Shown here piece after piece: positions 15,001 through 29,200 of a stretch of DNA of 64,000 nucleotides. Within the stretch, counting starts at the first letter, position 1. Each line of letters opens with the position of its first letter. Under the pieces are notes generated by a model. The model searched no databases. It was not told the DNA's origin and worked only from the letters and a program-made list of their open reading frames with translations. The stretch comes from Azolla caroliniana (lineage: Eukaryota > Plantae > Polypodiophyta): positions 19,840,001-19,904,000 of the forward strand of contig JBHGNT010000005.1 of assembly GCA_043228905.1 (NCBI GenBank), in the 5' to 3' direction. The position numbers and the translations under genes are program-made.

Positions 15001-15614
15001 AGGCAAAAGAAGGAAATTTACGTTCTGGCAAAATAAACAGGTGTCCTTCCAAAGTCCAAGTTGACGAAGACACCAAAGTCAAGAATGCTGGCTCCTCGGC
15101 TTGCAATACATTCTGTGATCTTCGCAGTGATTCCAACTCGATCCTGAGAAATTCAGGGAAAGGGGCTTGGGATCAACCAGTGAGACACTAAATGAAGAAG
15201 AAGGAGAAAGAGAAGAAGGATAGAATAGAAGAACGTAGTAGTAGTAGAAGAAGAAGAAGACGATTCCAAGCCCTGGCGAATGAAAAATAAATATGAAGAG
15301 AGACCAAGATCGAAGAAGGAATTGAAGAAGACAAAGAAACGGAAGGACGACGAAAACAAGAAGCAGAAGCAAGATGAAGAATGATGAAAAGTAAGCAAGA
15401 TTGCAATAAAAACCTGGCACTCAAAGGCGTGGATGCCATGGACAAGGGGAGCATTCGCAGCAGCAGAAGAAGAAGAAGAAGAAGAAGAAGAAGAAGATGA
15501 TGATGATGATGATGATGAAGACGATCTTGTGGTTGATGATGAAGAGATATGTTTGGAGAGGCGATGGCGATCTCTAAGCAATCTTGCAGCAGAAGTGACA
15601 GTGATTCTCTGCAT
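12091..15614 (-). CDS. PURU: Formyltetrahydrofolate deformylase (PurU family, ACT + formyltransferase domains), probable organellar transit peptide; 8 exons
   Basis: Exons (minus): 15614-15414, 15143-15022, 13282-13132, 13053-12980, 12901-12742, 12610-12512, 12427-12341, 12240-12091(TGA), all GT-AG and in phase. Motifs: [80 protein letters not shown]. Arg/Ser-rich N-terminus. Confidence 0.93.
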
Positions 15615-15804
15615 TTTTATTCTTCTTCTTCTTCTTCTTCTCCTTCATCCATCCCTCCGCCCATCCACACATTCATTCATTCATTCATTCATACATCACA
15701 GAGAGAGAGACTCTCTCTCTCTCTCTCTCTCATTCATACATAATCCAAAAAAGACTTCACAAAAATACAAAGGTAAAAAAGGACAGAAGAAGAAAGTGAT
15801 ACAT

Positions 15805-16190
15805 GGACATGGGCTAATGGTCATTACTAATGGGCTTCATTAATGGGCTAATGGGCATATGTAATGAGCTTGGTTAATGGGCTAATGGGCATAGCTAATG
15901 GGCATGACTAATGGGCTTGGTTAATGGGCATGAGCATAGCTAATGGGCATGGCTCATGGGCATGGGCATAGCTAATGGGCATGACTAATGGGCTTGGTTA
16001 ATAGGCATGGGCATAGCTAATGGGCATGACTAATGGGCTTGGTTAATGGGCATGGCGAATGGGAATGGCTCATAGGCATGAACAATGGGCATGAGCATAG
16101 CTAACTGGCATGGCTAATGGGCATGCCTCATGGGCATAGCTAATGGGCATGGGCATAACAAATGGGCATGGCTCATGGGGGGCATGGCTT
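15805..16190. repeat. ATGGGC-rich degenerate minisatellite upstream of PurU
   Basis: Many imperfect copies of (gcta)atgggc(a/t)t within ~380 bp. Confidence 0.85.
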
Positions 16191-16603
16191 CAATCACATG
16201 ATGATGAGATCTATGCATCCATCCATCCGTCCGTCCATCTTTCGTGGCACACTTCCCGAACACCCTCCTCCATAACCATCGTATAACCAATTCTTTCGAT
16301 GTCGTCGGATAACATATCGGTTGATTGATGCCATGTATTATTCGACGAAAAGGCATTACTTTTTGAGACTTTGAAAAAGACGCTTTCTCAGCCACTTTTC
16401 AAACTGCTTCCATAACCACCATGAACCATCATCATTGGATAACATATTGGGCTATCATCTCAAGGTCTAGTTTTCGAAGCCAAACTTTCACACACCTTTC
16501 CTACACACACATCACTTCTCCTATAAACTATGTGGCACATCAGTGTGTTAACCTCATCGCATCCAAATAGTTGACACGTCTATCTCAACCATATCTTGAT
16601 TTT

Positions 16604-16659
<56 letters not shown>

Positions 16660-16662
<3 letters not shown>

Positions 16663-16720
16663 TTGGTCTCATAGGCCATATCTGACCTCAGAAGACGATA
16701 ATAGAATCTATCTCTATCTC
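16660..16720 (+). mobile_element. Very short 3'-end remnant of an RTE/RTEX-like LINE in a (CT)n tract
   Basis: ggtctcataggccatatctgacctcagaagacgataatagaatcta matches the 3' end of the LINE fragment at 22431-22475; preceded by (CT)n 16606-16655. Confidence 0.55.
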
Positions 16721-16734
16721 TTTTTCTCTCTCTT

Positions 16735-17339
<605 letters not shown>

Positions 17340-19437
17340 TTTCCAATAAAAGGAATGTGTATACTAAATCTACATGACAACAAAGGAAACCATCGTTGTT
17401 CCTAGTACCTACTACGATAGCAAGGATCTTATGGCAAAGTAAACCTTATAAGGTGTTGTAAGGTGAAGAAACATAAAGGCAAACTACTTTCTCTCTCTCT
17501 CTCTCTCAATTATCTTGCCACGACAAACAAACATATGATGATGGTGGTCATGGTGATGATGATGTATTGTCATCCTTGACAAATGATCCAACATGACCTA
17601 TAGAACCAAGGTCTCCTTTGCTTGTGTGGAGATTTAGTCATATGTGGTGGCTCATGGAGTTTCCTTAAGGCCAATCCTATGCTCGAGTTGAGTGCAAATA
17701 AAAAAAGAAAGATAATGAATGTATATTGGTACCAAAATCGGTAGGGGTGCGGAGTCTCAGTTGTAGATAGTGAGCGAGGCTTTTGGACATGGTAATTGAC
17801 TATTTAAGGTTCAAAATTGTAGTATGACATCATTGGCAAAGTGCGCATCCATGATTTTCTCTTTACTAATCTTGCTTTGAATGCCATGGGGACAATAACG
17901 GTAAGTGATTGAGTGCATCCAATCATTCCCTCACAGGTGTCCTGACAAGTTGGGTTGATGTGGTGCAATATCATTGCATTTTGCTGTTCTTGGGGTTCTT
18001 GTTTAATTTTTCTATGATTGTATCTATGAAGCATGCCTCAATGTCACTAGTAAGTATATAATTGTTGGGTAGCTCAAGTGATAATGCTCACATTCCATGT
18101 CGTAAAACATTTATTTGTGTTTTGTGCCCAATTAGAACATACAGATTTACTTTAGTTTGTCTTTTTGCATGTTTTTCTACCAACATTCATTGGTAAGCGA
18201 TGTGCCTCCATGCCCATCACATTGAATTAGATGATATAATCATTGAACTAGGTCCTCTAAATTCAATGATTCTCAACCGCATTTTGAGAAACATCATCGA
18301 GTATGGAGAAATTTCATTGCTCCTCATGTGGCATGAGTCATCGTCCGTCTAGACAAAGGCATACTTCCTAAATCTCCACCCCACACACAACGAAACTCTT
18401 CCTTTTCCATGCTATTTTGTTTTCGTCCAATTCTGAAAACAAGCTCGTTCATTGTCTTAGAATTTCAAATATTTGAACATGATTTCAATCATCCCCGATG
18501 TTAATTCATGTAGGCATGCAATTCTTAAAACTCAGTAACAATTAAGGAACGCAAATGATTTGTGCATGTTATGCATTTACCCTTCATAGGATATTAAAGA
18601 AAGTGGTTATTTGGCTTCAACCCTAGGATCATTTGGTAACTTGAACTTTGAAAGCATGATGCAATCTCATGGTTTGGATGCATCATGTAGTTAATGTTTT
18701 TCAGGGCAATGAACTCTAGATGGTGAAAAAAATTAAGGCATAATTAATTACACATAATTAATCAAGACCATGAATTAATTCTTAAAACTATGGCCCTACC
18801 TCATTTGTTTGAGATAATGTTGAAATATTACAATGTAACACCTTAGCAGTAGTTACAGATTTAGTTAGTACTTGTTGAACTACCTACCCTCTACATGTGA
18901 AGTTTGCTTCAAAGATGATAGTGGCTCTGAACTTGGATAAATTATTATGTCTATATATGACAGGCTGAGAAAGGCAATGGAGCTTCTTGCACATAGAAGA
19001 TATTATGTAAGATTGTAGTAAAAGACAGGAGCTTCGTAACTCCCTCTCCCTAGTTACACCCATATATATCTGCAAAGTCTTGACATATGGGGGAAGCCAG
19101 GGAGAAGCCATACCATCAATTAAGAGAGCAAACAAATATTAACACCCCACTCAAGAATGAAGGAAACAAAGAGACCTTAAATTACATGCCTGCATTAAAT
19201 TCCAGATTCGTACCCTGTACAAACGAAAGTAGAAATGTGTTGAGATTTCGACACACATTTGAGAACTATATACAATTAATAATGGAGCCCCAACCCCCTC
19301 GAACCTAGAATAAACAAATAAATAAAGCTTTATGTCAATTCCAAGGATCGGTCAGGTGAGAATCTCAACATGGCACTCAAATTCTTCGCAAATGAATATT
19401 CTACCTGTTTGTCGCGACATACATATGTATATGCTAT

Positions 19438-20166
19438 TTACAATAAGCTGTGGGGACAAGCCAATGTGATCTCAACCTGAGGATAGCTTCTCTGCAAGGC
19501 GAGAACATTCGAAAAGAACATTAAGTTCTGGCCCGTGTTTTCCAATGGCTCTGCATTGACATGGAGCCTTTTCAACGAGCTTGAACACCTGAGAAACGTT
19601 GAGAGAATCGTAATGCAAGTATCTGAGCCGCCTGTGATTACCACGACGACGTCACACAGGTACCCTAAATCCATCCATTGGAAGCTAGAGCTCAACATGG
19701 AACCCGCTTGGAGACACTGCAATCATGAAAAAGATCTGGTTTGCTCAGCTTCAAGATGAAATAATCATTGTTGGGTCTCAGATACATTAATCTCTCTGTT
19801 ACTTTCATTTTTTCACATGAGGGCTGTACTCTAGCAGTAAGTGAAGCTTTTTTTAACTAGTGCATGCACCTGGGTTAAAACTTCACTATACACATTACTT
19901 TGCTAGATGCCACTGTGCAATCTTGACAATGAATGCAGGTCCTTCTGGTCTCAGCTGGGAAACCTAACCAATTGAGCTACAAACATCCGGGCATGTATGT
20001 TTCTCTAACTTTCTAGCATCAGTAATAACACAACTATACTGCTTAAGACCTTATTTCTTTCTTCATAACTTTCCACCACTCGCATGTGGATTTCAAGAAC
20101 TTTCAAAATCTTGATTGGAAGTAAAATATGTGTCCTGTATGTGTATGTGTGTGTGTGTGTGTGTGT

Positions 20167-20202
<36 letters not shown>

Positions 20203-23200
20203 ATTTCCACCATTTTATTCCAAAGCTCACTTCGAGGTACTGTATCAAATGATTTAAAAAAGCATTTGATACAATACCATGAAGTGAGCTTTGGAATAAT
20301 GGTGGAAATTGGTATGCCATTAGAGTATCGAGTTGCTACTGTACAAAAATATGAGCAAGTTAGATGCCAACGAAAAACTGAGAATGGTTTCTCAGAACAT
20401 TTCTTAAGTAACATGGGGGTTAATCAAGGACGTCCATTATCACCTACACTCTTTGGTTTATGCATTGATAAATTGGAAGAAGCGGTGAATAGGGTTTGCA
20501 AGAGAAGAAGGATTAGATGCCCAAAACTAATGCATGGAATGGGATTGAGAAGATTCAAAAGATGTTTTTAAGGAGACAAATGGGAGTTAAATCCACCACC
20601 TCCTATCAAGTTATGTTCTGGGAAACAAGTGTTCAAACTATAGAGATATTGGTGCTACAGAGAGATTATAGATACATTACAAAAGTCAAGAACATGCCAA
20701 ATCATAGATTACCACATCTTGCTTGGAATGTTGGATGTAAACACAAAAGAATCACAAGAGCAAAGTTCTCTCATTCAGTTGGGTAGTTGACCCCAAAAAA
20801 TGGTTCAAAAGATGGGACATAGAAGATCTCCTAGAGCTTTCAAGTGATGCTATGAAATATGTAGTTATTGAGGAAAGAATAATGGACCCATTGAGGAAGA
20901 AGTGGAAAGATGCTAAAAGGAAAAAATTAGAATATTACATTGCAGATATCAACCCTAAATGTTCGGTTCTATATAAGACAAGAAGGCCTATTGATTGTAT
21001 TCAACCTTACCTCATTACTAGCATGAGTATTAACTTTTGTAGAGCCCTAAACACTTCTTCGCACTCTATGGAATCAAAATTAGATATAAAGGCATGTAAG
21101 GTACACTAGGGCTAGTAGAGGATGCGTATCGTTTGCTTTTTACATGCTCTGCATATAGTGCAATTCGTGAAAGCTATGATGATATATTAAGAGGGGGTGA
21201 TGACTTGAGTGTCACACTAAAGAGAACACCTAGAAGGTTTGAGCTCATATGTGTATGTCGTATTCACACATCGAGACTTGGTGCGTCAACACATGAATAT
21301 CCCTTCTTAGGAAGGAGACACACATCAAGATAACTTTTGTACTTAGGTCCTATGGGTCAATATTGGCCTCTCTATGGACGCAAACTCTCTCTCTCTCTCT
21401 CTCTCATGCACAATAATGAGCCACTTGAATATGTGGAAAGCTTCAAATATCTTGGTCGTGAGGTTCCTTCTAGTCATAGATAGCATGAATGTGCTACACG
21501 TTGCTTAGAGATAGGAAAGAGAGCATATTATGCATATGAGAACACATGCAAGTCATGGAAATATTAAGAGTTAGGTCCTCAAGAAATACCTTTTTGAGAC
21601 TTTGGTGACACCGATACTTCTCTATGGGGTGGAAGTATATGGTGGTAACATCCCTAAATCTATTTGGAAAGAGTTCGAAAATGTCCAAAAACATCTTCTT
21701 ACAAAGTTTATACAAGTTAAGAAACAAACGCTATACACCCTCCTCTTCCTTAAGATAGGATCACTTCCTATTGAGATCATGGCCATGGAAAGGGTTGTTA
21801 AATACATGCTTAAGGTTCAAAAAAGTTTCTCACATCAACTTTCTAGAAGCACATTGAACTTAAGTAAAAAGATCAAAAGACACATAAATTTTGTAATCTA
21901 ATTGGATGCAACAAATGGAAATTTGTTTGGTAGATAGGATGCAGCTCACTTGCTTCATGATGCATCACTACATTCCTCTATAAATGAGGTCTTTTTGTGA
22001 CACCAAGGTATCCTAACATGGGACGAATGTCGAGGCTCATGCTTCACACATCACATGTTGCACCTAACTATAAAACCATATTCTTCACGGAACGAGGAGA
22101 CCATACAAATCGATACATATTAGAGACCATCCCATTATTTGCCATTCGAACCATTGCTTCCATGTGACTTAGCTCACATGCATTGCGATGTGAGACGGGA
22201 CATTAAGGCACAAGTGATGAGAGTGGTTGACTATGCACACTTTGCGCTAATCAAGTTCGAGAGTCTATCACACTTTGATACAATGCTCTGCCTTTGTTCA
22301 TATTCGACTATGCTTTCCACATATCTTCGACCAAACCCAATCCTTGCACGAATTTCTCACAACCACAATGTGCACTCTCAATTGCAACAATGTGCACTTT
22401 CACATGTATTACGTAAAATGTAATATTTTTGGTCTCATAGGTCATATTTGTCCTCTGAAGATGATAATAGAATCTATCTATCTATCTATCTATCTATGTA
22501 TCTCGTTCAGCAAGTTCAAGACATTTGGAAATTGTTTATGAGATGCCATGTTGAAGAATGTCTAAATGTGTGTGGAAGAAACGAAAGGAACAAGAGAACA
22601 TGAGTCCATATTTTACTCAGCCACATTGGAAGCATTCCACATGAAATGGGGAACAACCCAACAAAGGTCTAAGTTTGAGTACTATTTCGGCCACATTAAT
22701 ACACAACAGTGGCGTGGGTTTAGGGTTTAACGATTGTTTGTTCAAGGACACAGTTCACATCCAGGTTGGCTGAATATTGAGTAGAAAAAGTGAAACTATG
22801 ACCTATGTTTCCTCAATAGAAGAACCTATAACTTTGGAATACCTCACATATGACAACATCATGAATAATTTCCAGGAATTCTTACAAGGTTGGACGAACT
22901 TTCAAGTACTCACCAAGATGGAACCATTGTTGATGGCATTAGGCATGTTTTTTTGCTCGTTTCCTTCACCACATGGAAAATCCTGTTAGGTGTAAAGGCC
23001 CGTAGTTCACAAATTAGGTAATTATTCGTACATGTGAACACATGGTTCACCTAGACAGGACACCTCCTTTTGTAATGTGAACACACCTCTTTCTTTGTCG
23101 GGTTAACTAATATAATAACCTTTTTTTCTTGTGTACCAATCAAGGCGGTTGGGTACACCCAAAAATCTGTGCCTCTACTCTCATCTCTACTACAGTCTTG

Positions 23201-26200
23201 TTTGCTGAACGTCATCAGTCAATAGCTGCTCCCTCAAACATCCCTCTTTACCTTTAACTGGTATCAGAGCCAAATCTCTTTCCTCTGCTTTGCTGTTTTT
23301 TTTAGATTCAGAATCAGCAGAAAACACAGTTTTTTAAAAAAAATAAATAAATTCTGGCAGACCCTTTCCTATTGGTATTCTGCTCAATTTTCTGAAGGCA
23401 TCTGTCATAAATCTTGGGAGCAATGGCCTCCACTTCAACTGAAATGAAAAATTTCTTTGAAATCAAGAGATTTGATGGAAAAGGTTTCGAATTATGGAAA
23501 GAGCGTATTCTGGGCATCCTCTTTCTGAGAGATTGTGAAGATGCTCTCGTGGAAAAAAAACCAGAGAGCATGGAAAATGATGCTTGGAACACTCTGAATA
23601 AGAAAGCCATTACATATATTAAAATGGTTGTTTCTGATGAAATTCTTGTAGATATAAAGGGCTTGATTACTGCCCATCAAGTTTGGGAGCAACTTAAGAC
23701 AACTTACGAGAATACGACTCCTGTGAATCAGGTGCATTTGATGAGAAAACTTGTCAGTATGAGGCTTGATGAGTCGAAAGGTGCAACAGAGCATCTATCG
23801 TTATTCACATGTACTCTCTCCCAAATACAAGATTTAGGATTACCAGCTTTTGATGACAAGCTCAAAGCTATCTTCCTACTTATGACTTTACCCGATTCGT
23901 GGGAAACATTAGTTGTTCCACTATCTAATAGCCCCACCTTGACCTTCAATATTCTCAGTGAAGAGATTAGAAGACAATCTAGTGGAGAAGGTAGTGGTCC
24001 AGCATACAATATTAGGGGGAGATATGATAAGAGGACCCCAAATATAGGACAAAGAAATAGAAGTAAGAGTAGAGGGAAAGGAAAGGAACAAGATATCACA
24101 TGCTATCAGTGTGGTCGTAAAGGTCATAAGAAACCTGATTGTAGATATTTGAAGATGGAACTAGAAAGGAAGAAGAATGTAGGAGAGAAGAAAATAAAGA
24201 TGATAAATTTAATACAACAGAGAAAGCTAATATGACTTCAAATGTTATCATTGAAGACCTATCTGGTGAAGATGGTGATGTACTTTGTATTACAGGTGAT
24301 GCCTTCATAGCTCATGTTCAAGACATCCAAATCACCAAAACAGATGTTATTGATGCTTTATTGTCAATTGATGATGGATTGACACAAACGTGGATAGTAG
24401 ACTCTGGGGCTTCTTTTCATGTTACTCCATGTTTGGAGTGCTTTACCACATTTGACACAGGCAGTTATGGAAAAGTTTATCTTGGTAACAATAGTGCTTG
24501 CAATATTGATGGTATTGGAACCATACACTTGTCTTTGGATAATGGTCAAGAGCTCGTGCTCAAAGATGTTAGGTATGTACCTAGCATTAAGAAAAGTTTG
24601 CTATCTATAGGACAGATGGATTTGCATGGTTACACCACATTATCCGGTGGTGGATTGTGGAAACTAAAGAAAGGATCTATGGTTATTGTGAAAGGTTGCA
24701 AAAAGGGCACTCTGTACTGTTTGCAATGTAAAGCTTTACCTGGAAGGTTTCTTGCTATTGCTGAATTTGACTCTCGTTTAGAGCTTTGGCATAAGAGATT
24801 AGGACATTGATCCAAAAAGGACTTCAAGTCCTTTCTGCTCTAAAAAGATTTGATGTTAAAGGATCAAAGCTGGTTTTTTGTAATGATTGTCTATTTGGCA
24901 AACAAGTGAGAAATTCTTATTATTCGGGTACCTCTCGTAAACCAAATGTGCTAGATTTGGTGCATTCTGATGTATGTAGCATGCCTGTAAAATCCTTGGG
25001 CGGTGCTGCATATTTTATTTCCTTTATCGATGATTATTGTAGGAAGATTTGGGTGTACTTGATGAAAAAGAAAGGTGATGCATTTAATGCATTTAAATCT
25101 TTTCATGCATTTGTGACTACCCAAAAATGGACAAAACTGAATGTCTCAGAACAAATAATGAGGGCGAGTTTACATCTGCAGAATTTTAGTCCTATTGTGA
25201 CTTACATGGTATTAAAAGAGAGCTTATAGCTCCATATAACCCTTCATCAAATGGGGTGGAAGAAAGATATAATAGGACCTTGTGTGAGCGAGTATGGTGC
25301 ATGTTGTCCACAGCTAATCTCCCTCATGAATTTTGGGGAGAAGCATTAAAAACCGCGGTTCATATATGTAATCGTTCTCCCAACAAGTCCTTAAAGAATG
25401 GAATCCCTGAGGAGGTTTGGTCTGGCAAACCAGCCTCATATGACCATTTATGAATTTTTGGTTGTGATGCATTTGTACACATTAGAAGTCAGCTGAGAAA
25501 CAAGTTCTATGCTAGGTCCACCATGGGCATTTTTATGGGCTATGGTGATGAAGGTGAAATGGGCTATAGGATTTGGTTACCTCAGTCCAGAAAAATTGTA
25601 CGCAGCCAAGATGTTTTTAATGAAGAAAAATTGCTGAAAAATGCTTGTTCCTCTGTTGGGAACTCTAAGAGCGTTACATTTCAGCAATTACAGCCATCCA
25701 CAAAATCTGAAAATAAACCTCATGATGCTATACCAAAGGTTGAATATGATGATCGACCGGTTATCTTTGAGCCAGAAGACGTTGGACAGCAAAGAGATGC
25801 TCATGAAGGTATTGGTCAACGAGATGAAGGTACTAAAGAACAAAATATAGATGTTGAACATGCTGGACATGGTTTGCGACAGCCAGAAAGTGCTGAAAAT
25901 GATTTTCCTCCAGATTTAGAACCAATCCCAGAAAATATTGATCATTGGGTACGTAGGTCTAATCGTTCAAGGAGGCATGTATATAGATATGACCCCTCTT
26001 TGCATTATGTCATGCTGTCAGATGAGGGTGAACCTCTTACTTATAAGGAGGCAATGTCATGTGAACTTAGCAGTAAGTGGGAGCTTGCAATGCAAGAAGA
26101 AATAAAATCTTTATATGCAAATGATACATGGGATCTTGTGTCCTTACCTCAAGGAAGGAAAGCTCTTCCAAATAAGTGGGTTTATAAGGTAAAGGAAATT

Positions 26201-29200
26201 GAAGGGAAACCAAAACACAAGGCAAGATTAGTTGCCAAGGGTTATGCACAGAAGGAAGGTATTGACTTCCAAGAGGTCTTCTCTCATGTTGTGAAGATGA
26301 CCACACTTCGTGTGCTATTTGCTCTCACTGCAATGCTTAATTTGGAGTTGTACCAAATGGATGTAAAGACCGCTTTTTTGCATGGTGATATTGATGAAGA
26401 GATCTACATGAAACAACCTGAGGATTTTGTAGTCCCTAACAAGGAGCATTTGGTATACAAACTAAAGCGTAGCTTGTATGGCCTAAAACAAGCACCACGA
26501 CAGTGGTATAAGAAGTTTGATACTTTTATGCTTTCTCAAGGCTTTGATCATAGCTATGCAGATCATTGTTTATACACAAAAAAGGATATCGATGACAGTC
26601 CCATCATACTTGTTCTATATGTGGATGATATGTTGCTAGCTGGGAAAAGAAAGACTAGTCTTGATGCTCTAAAAGATCAATTGAAATCGGTCTTCTCTAT
26701 AATAGATTTGGGAAATGCAGAGCATATTTTGGGCATGAGAATTAGTAGAAACAGAAAGGACAATTTGTTGTATTTGTCACAAGAAAAGTACATTGAAAAA
26801 GTGCTTAACAGATTTAATATGGCAGAAGCAAAGTCCCTTGGAGTTCCTTTGCCCTCATATCTTAAACTTAGCAAGGCTGATTGTCCAAAGGATGAGATGG
26901 AAGTCAATGCTATGAAGGGAATTCCTTATGCATCAGCATGTGGTTCTCTAATGTATGATATGGTAGCTACTCGTCCAGATATTGCTTATGCAGTGGGAGA
27001 TGTCAGTCGCTATATGTCTAATCCTGGTAAAGCACATCGGGAGGCTATCAAGTGTGTTTTCAGGTATCTTAAAGGTACACAAAGAAAATGTTTATGCTAT
27101 GGGAAGGGTGCATTAAGTTTGCAAGGATATTGTGATGCAGACATGGCAGGTGACTTGGATACACGTAAATCTACTAGCAGGTATATATTTACAGTTGCTG
27201 GTGGAGCAGTGTCTTGGTGCTCCAAATTGCAAAAGATTGTAGCACTGAGTACTACTGAAGCTGAATATATTTCAGCTACAGAAGCTTCGAAGGAAGCTAT
27301 ATGGCTCAGCAGACTTGCTGAAGATCTTGGCATGTCTGTTAGTACTCTTGTGTAAGGATGTGATAGCCAGAGTGTTGTGTATCTGGCTAAGAATGCCATG
27401 TTTCATTCGCGTACCAAACACATTGATGTGCGACATCACTTTATCAGACAAGTTTTGGAGGATGGTCTAGTCACATTGACCAAGATCAAAACACAGGATA
27501 ATCCTGCAGATATTCTCATTAAAAGTCTTGGCAAAGCCCAACAAGAGCATTGCATACAGTTAGTGGAAGTTACTTGAATGTTCACGTCGGACCTTTAAGT
27601 GGGAGTTTGTTAGGTGTAAAGGCTCGTAGTTCACAAATTAGGTAATTATTCGTATATGTGAACACATTGTTCACTTGGACAGGACACCTCCTTTTGTAAT
27701 GTGAACACACCTCTTTCTTTGTAGGGTTAACTAATATAATAACCTTTGTTTCTTGTGTACCAATCAAGGCGGTTGGGTACACCCAATAATTTGTGCCTCT
27801 ACTCTCATCTCTACTACAGTTTTGTTTGCTGAACGTCATCAGTCAATAGCTGCTCCCTCAAACATCCCTTTTTACCTTTAAATCCATACAGTGAAATTCA
27901 GAATCCCTATCTCACTCTATTACGATCTAAGCCTTCCAGTTACATAGAGCTTGCTACCTAGTTTAGGTACATTTTAATTCCTTCTTGAATTTACGAGGTT
28001 ATTCTATAAGGCTCATAAGGATGTAATGTTTCTAGTCTATAGATCACCTTTTGAGTTCTCAAAGACATGAATATAACACTTCATTTCTCTCTAGAAGGAA
28101 AGATCTATATTACTATGCAAAAAAGATGCAGAAAAACCATTGATAATGTTCTCTCTGGCTGACACAAAAGAGAGTGCATAGCCACGGAGATGAAGATTAT
28201 AGTGATATTGCAGGGATCATCTCAAACTAAAAAAGGGAGGGTAATTCTACTGATACAAAAACTGCCCCCTTTCTTTCTCCATATTCATACTTTAATACTA
28301 GTAGTTGACACATTGTTTTTCTTTACAGGTAGCTCGCTAGATAGCTGACAGTTGTATTAGTATTTATCAGGAAATAAATAGGCATTTCCTTTCGGCAGCC
28401 TTTGGTCATTCTTTTAACCCTAAAAAGAAAAGAAAATGTAACTCAAAGCTGTGTTCCAAGAGACAATTACATACAAGCTTGACTTCATTTAACTTCACAG
28501 CACCTCTCACTGGAATAATGGAAACATTTATTTGGCTAGATTCTAGAATAAATGTCATTCTACTTGCCAATACCAAGTTTAACAATTTGTTATGTATAGA
28601 TGTACATTTTCAATAGTGTGAATGGAGTTTTCCATCCATATATGATTTCCTTGATGCTTCAAAAACAGTAGTCTAAAATGTGAAGGTCATCATTTATTAC
28701 GTTTAGTTACTGTGAACATGGTTTTTCTTCCACTACAAAATTTATATGGCATGCTATTGCTGACCAAGATAAAGGCAGAAATGAGAGTGAAAAAACAACA
28801 GACAAACATAAACTGTGAGACGCCTAAATTAGTATGTATATGAGGGACATGCAGAAATCAAGGTTTGGACATGATGAATATATACTGACACTGAAATTTT
28901 CTGGTTACAAAATTGAAGGCTCGTTTAGAGTTCCATTAATAGATGCCTATCACTAAAAATTTGGGCAAATTAACTGTCTTTTCTAATGCTTACTCACTAA
29001 GTTTGATCCCATACACCTTAAAAATTATGAAAGGAAAAACAAAATTGCACCATTAACCTTCGCTTCTAATGTTAATAATATACTTGAAAGTTTGATGGCC
29101 ATACCTTAAAGAAATCAGAGCCTATGTACAATGAGTTCAGATGTTGCAGCTGCCCAAGGAAACGGTCGATTTGTAAAGGATGTTTTGCCTCTAGCTTGAC

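Noticed and set aside
15079-15843. Overlapping poly-E/D, poly-L and poly-S ORFs
   Set aside because: Alternative frames of trinucleotide repeats in PurU exon 1 and intron 1.
17690-18560. Possible decayed transposase
   Set aside because: No motif I can identify; needs tBLASTx or HMM search.
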